Origin: an uncultured Planctomycetota bacterium
GTDB lineage: Bacteria > Planctomycetota > PLA2 > JAEUHO01
Reading direction: 5' to 3'
DNA: 64,000 nucleotides
NCBI GenBank assembly: GCA_963752285.1
Contig: CAVVXN010000005.1
Coordinates: forward strand, 2,175,284-2,239,283
In this document: in pieces, positions 61,428-64,000 of the stretch
How positions within the stretch are numbered: the stretch's first letter is position 1
How the letters are laid out: the number at the start of each line of letters is the position of its first letter
The notes under the pieces: model-generated
Seen by the model: only the letters and a program-made list of their open reading frames with translations
Told to the model about the DNA's origin: nothing
The model's database searches: none
Position numbers and translations under genes: made by a program

Positions 61428-62765
61428 TCACGCGAACGCGACGGGTCGTCCGTCCGCGGACCCGCGGGGCTCGTGGTCCCGGTACACGACGCGCCCGCGG
61501 AGCACCGTCACGACCGGCCATCCCGCGAGCCACCATCCCACGTAGGGGCTGTGGCCCGCACGCGAGCACAGCCACGCGAGCGGAAGGGGCTCCTGGACGT
61601 CCGGATCGACGATCGCGAGGTCCCCGTCGTACCCGGGCGCGACGCGGCCCTTGCGGGCGAGCCCGTACACCTCGGCCGGCGCCTCGCTGGTGACGCGGGC
61701 CACGTCCTCGAGCGAGAGCCATCCCTCGCGCACCGCGACGAGCAGCAGCGGGAGGATGGTCTGCACGCCGGGGATCCCCGACGGGCTCTTCGGATACGGC
61801 CGCCGCTTCTCGGCGAGCGTGTGCGGCGCGTGGTCGCTTCCGATGCAGGCGATCGTGCCGTCCGCGAGGGCCGCACGGAGCGCATCCCGATGGCGCGCGT
61901 CCCGGACGGGCGGGTTCATCTGGACGAGGCTCCCCCACCGCGCGTAGCAGCCGGGCGCGGCGAGGAGGAGGTGGTTGGGCGTGACCTCCGCGGTCACGAG
62001 GTCGCCGAGGCGACGCTCGCGGAGGAGGTCCACCTCCTCGGCCGTGGACAGGTGGAGCACGTGGATCTTCCGGCCCGTACGCTCCGCGAGGTCGAGGAGG
62101 CGTCGCGTGGCCGTGAGCGCGGTCTCGACGTCGCGGACGTCGGGGTGGACGCCAACCGGTGCGCCCTCGGCAACCGAGGCGAGACGGATCCGGAGCCGCG
62201 GCTCGTCCTCCGCGTGGAACGCGACGCGCCGACGGCCCGACCGGAGGACGCGTTCGATCGTCGGGTCGTCCGGCACGAGCAGCGTCCCCGTGGACGAGCC
62301 CATGAAGACCTTCACGCCGGAGCAGCCCTCGAGCGCCTCCCACTCACCGAGCCGGTCGGCGTTCTCGGCCGTGGCGCCGAGGAAGAAGGCGTGGTCGGCC
62401 CACGCGCGGCCCCGGGCGCGGTCCAGCTTGTCCCGGAGGCGCTCCGGATCGGTCGTGGCGGGGTTCGTGTTGGGCATCTCGAAGAACGTCGTGACGCCGC
62501 CCGCCACCGCGGAGAGCGAGCCGCTGGCGAGGTCCTCCTTGTGCTCCGCGCCGGGCTCGCGGAAGTGGACCTGCGGGTCCACGAGCCCGGGGAACACGAG
62601 CTTCCCGCGCGCGTCGAGGACGGTCTCGCCCTCCCGGGCCACGAGGCCCGGCGACACCGACTCGATCCGGCCGCCGACGATCCGGACGTCCGCGCGGACG
62701 ACGCCCGCCGACGAGACCACGCGCCCGCCCTCGACGAGGACGTCCCTCTCGTCCGCGTTCACCGT
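61428..62765 (-). CDS. dihydroorotase-like amidohydrolase
   Basis: GLVDPQVHFREPG, ...GSDHAPH... and the metal-binding His/Asp pattern. Confidence 0.75.
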   Translation of the reverse strand, partial: TVNADERDVLVEGGRVVSSAGVVRADVRIVGGRIESVSPGLVAREGETVLDARGKLVFPGLVDPQVHFREPGAEHKEDLASGSLSAVAGGVTTFFEMPNTNPATTDPERLRDKLDRARGRAWADHAFFLGATAENADRLGEWEALEGCSGVKVFMGSSTGTLLVPDDPTIERVLRSGRRRVAFHAEDEPRLRIRLASVAEGAPVGVHPDVRDVETALTATRRLLDLAERTGRKIHVLHLSTAEEVDLLRERRLGDLVTAEVTPNHLLLAAPGCYARWGSLVQMNPPVRDARHRDALRAALADGTIACIGSDHAPHTLAEKRRPYPKSPSGIPGVQTILPLLLVAVREGWLSLEDVARVTSEAPAEVYGLARKGRVAPGYDGDLAIVDPDVQEPLPLAWLCSRAGHSPYVGWWLAGWPVVTVLRGRVVYRDHEPRGSADGRPVAFA

Positions 62766-63002
62766 CGCCTCCCGCCCGCGAGGGCCATGGCCCTCGGCCT
62801 CGCCTCCCTCCACGCGCGAGGGTGCCGGCCCGTGGCCGCCCACGCTACCCGCGCCCCGGCCGCGCGCCACCCGTTCGCGAGAGGAGACGACGCGAACGCG
62901 ACCCCGGCCTCGCCCGTTACGCGACGTGGGCGGTCGATGGGGTCATGATGGCCCGCCGACCTCGCGCAGCCGTCCGCGACCCCGCACGGACGAGGAGCCT
63001 CC

Positions 63003-63890
63003 ATGGCGTTTCGCATCTTCGAGCCCCACATCCACATGTTCTCTCGCGTGACCGACGACTACGAGCGGATGGCCCTCTGCGGGATCCGCGCGGTGCTCGA
63101 GCCGGCCTTCTGGCTCGGACAGAACCGCACGTCGGTGGGTTCCTTCGTGGACTACTTCGACACGATCCTCGGTTGGGAGCGCTTCCGCGCGGCGCAGTGG
63201 GGCATTCACCACTTCTGCACGATGTCCCTGAACCCGCGCGAGGCCAACGACGCGCGCGTGAACGACGCGGTGCTCGAGATCCTGCCCCGCTACCTCGAGA
63301 AGGACAGCGTCGTCGGCGTGGGTGAGATCGGCTTCGACGACCAGACCGACGTCGAGGAGCGCTGCTTTCGCGCGCAGATCGAGATGGCCGACCGCGCCGG
63401 GCTCCCGATCCTCGTGCACACGCCCCACCGCAACAAGGTACGGGGCTTCGAGCGCAGCATCGCGGTGATCCGGGACATGGGCTTCCCGATGGACCGCGTG
63501 CTGCTCGACCACGGCAACGAGGAGACGATCAAGATCACGAAGGAGCTCGGCTGCTGGTCGGGGTTCTCGGTCTACCCGAACACGAAGATGGACCCGCACC
63601 GCATGGTCAAGATCGTCCAGGAGTACGGCGTCGATCGGACGATCGTGAACAGCGCCGCGGACTGGGGCGTCAGCGACCCCCTCATGGTCCCGCGCACGGC
63701 GATGCGGCTCCAGCAGGCGCGGATCCCCGACGCGTCGATCGAAACGCTCGTCTGGCAGAATCCGGTGGACTTCTTCTCGCAGAGCGGCCGGATGGACGCG
63801 GCGTCGCTCGCCTGGCCCGCCGAGGCGAACCTCAGAGAGACGTGGGACGGCAACTCGCCGCTCCGCGGCCAGGACCCGGACCAGGTCTAG
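63003..63890 (+). CDS. TatD-related TIM-barrel metal-dependent hydrolase
   Basis: FEPHIHMF...GEIGFD...LVHTPH. Confidence 0.6.
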   Translation: MAFRIFEPHIHMFSRVTDDYERMALCGIRAVLEPAFWLGQNRTSVGSFVDYFDTILGWERFRAAQWGIHHFCTMSLNPREANDARVNDAVLEILPRYLEKDSVVGVGEIGFDDQTDVEERCFRAQIEMADRAGLPILVHTPHRNKVRGFERSIAVIRDMGFPMDRVLLDHGNEETIKITKELGCWSGFSVYPNTKMDPHRMVKIVQEYGVDRTIVNSAADWGVSDPLMVPRTAMRLQQARIPDASIETLVWQNPVDFFSQSGRMDAASLAWPAEANLRETWDGNSPLRGQDPDQV

Positions 63891-64000
63891 CCCGGATCAC
63901 CCGTGAACGTTCGTGCATCCCGCGGCCCTGCGCACCGTAGAACCCCGAAGGCGGCGTCGTTCGGAGTCGGCGACCTCCAATCACAGGCAGGGACGGGGGG

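Overview
This is a GC-rich (about 70% GC) bacterial chromosome segment. The delta-60 repeat protein hints at Myxococcota or a similar lineage. The window splits into two parts.

The left ~30 kb (1-30.6 kb) is a heavily decayed accessory region built from several elements:
- two degenerate copies of a phage-type module (HNH endonuclease / Phd-like antitoxins / ParB-nuclease domain, with a frameshifted ParB-DNA methyltransferase and a DUF1937-like gene);
- a 2.9-kb non-coding composition island containing a ~665-bp tract almost free of cytosine;
- low-GC cargo genes for small secreted proteins;
- a tRNA-Arg(CCT) 3' fragment next to a tyrosine integrase;
- scrambled helicase and PD-(D/E)xK nuclease fragments with a 2TM protein;
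- an IS graveyard of IS256, IS21 and IS3 fragments;
- a 4-copy short repeat family;
- a candidate defense locus (EVE/PUA-like protein, MazG-like NTP pyrophosphatase, DUF2075 nuclease-ATPase).

The right ~33 kb is ordinary high-GC chromosome. It encodes a PhnB/VOC protein, DinB, a transglutaminase-like protein, a class III adenylate cyclase, a VWA lipoprotein, a PhoX-like phosphatase, an APH-family kinase, a SAM methyltransferase, a DMT transporter, frameshifted PurO, proline dehydrogenase, aldehyde dehydrogenase, an MBL-rhodanese fusion, a GNAT, an M48 peptidase, an MFS transporter, two YceI paralogs, a PilZ protein, thioredoxin, peroxiredoxin, dihydroorotase and a TatD-like hydrolase.

Many long Arg/Pro/Gly-rich ORFs in the track are high-GC antisense artefacts and are not called.
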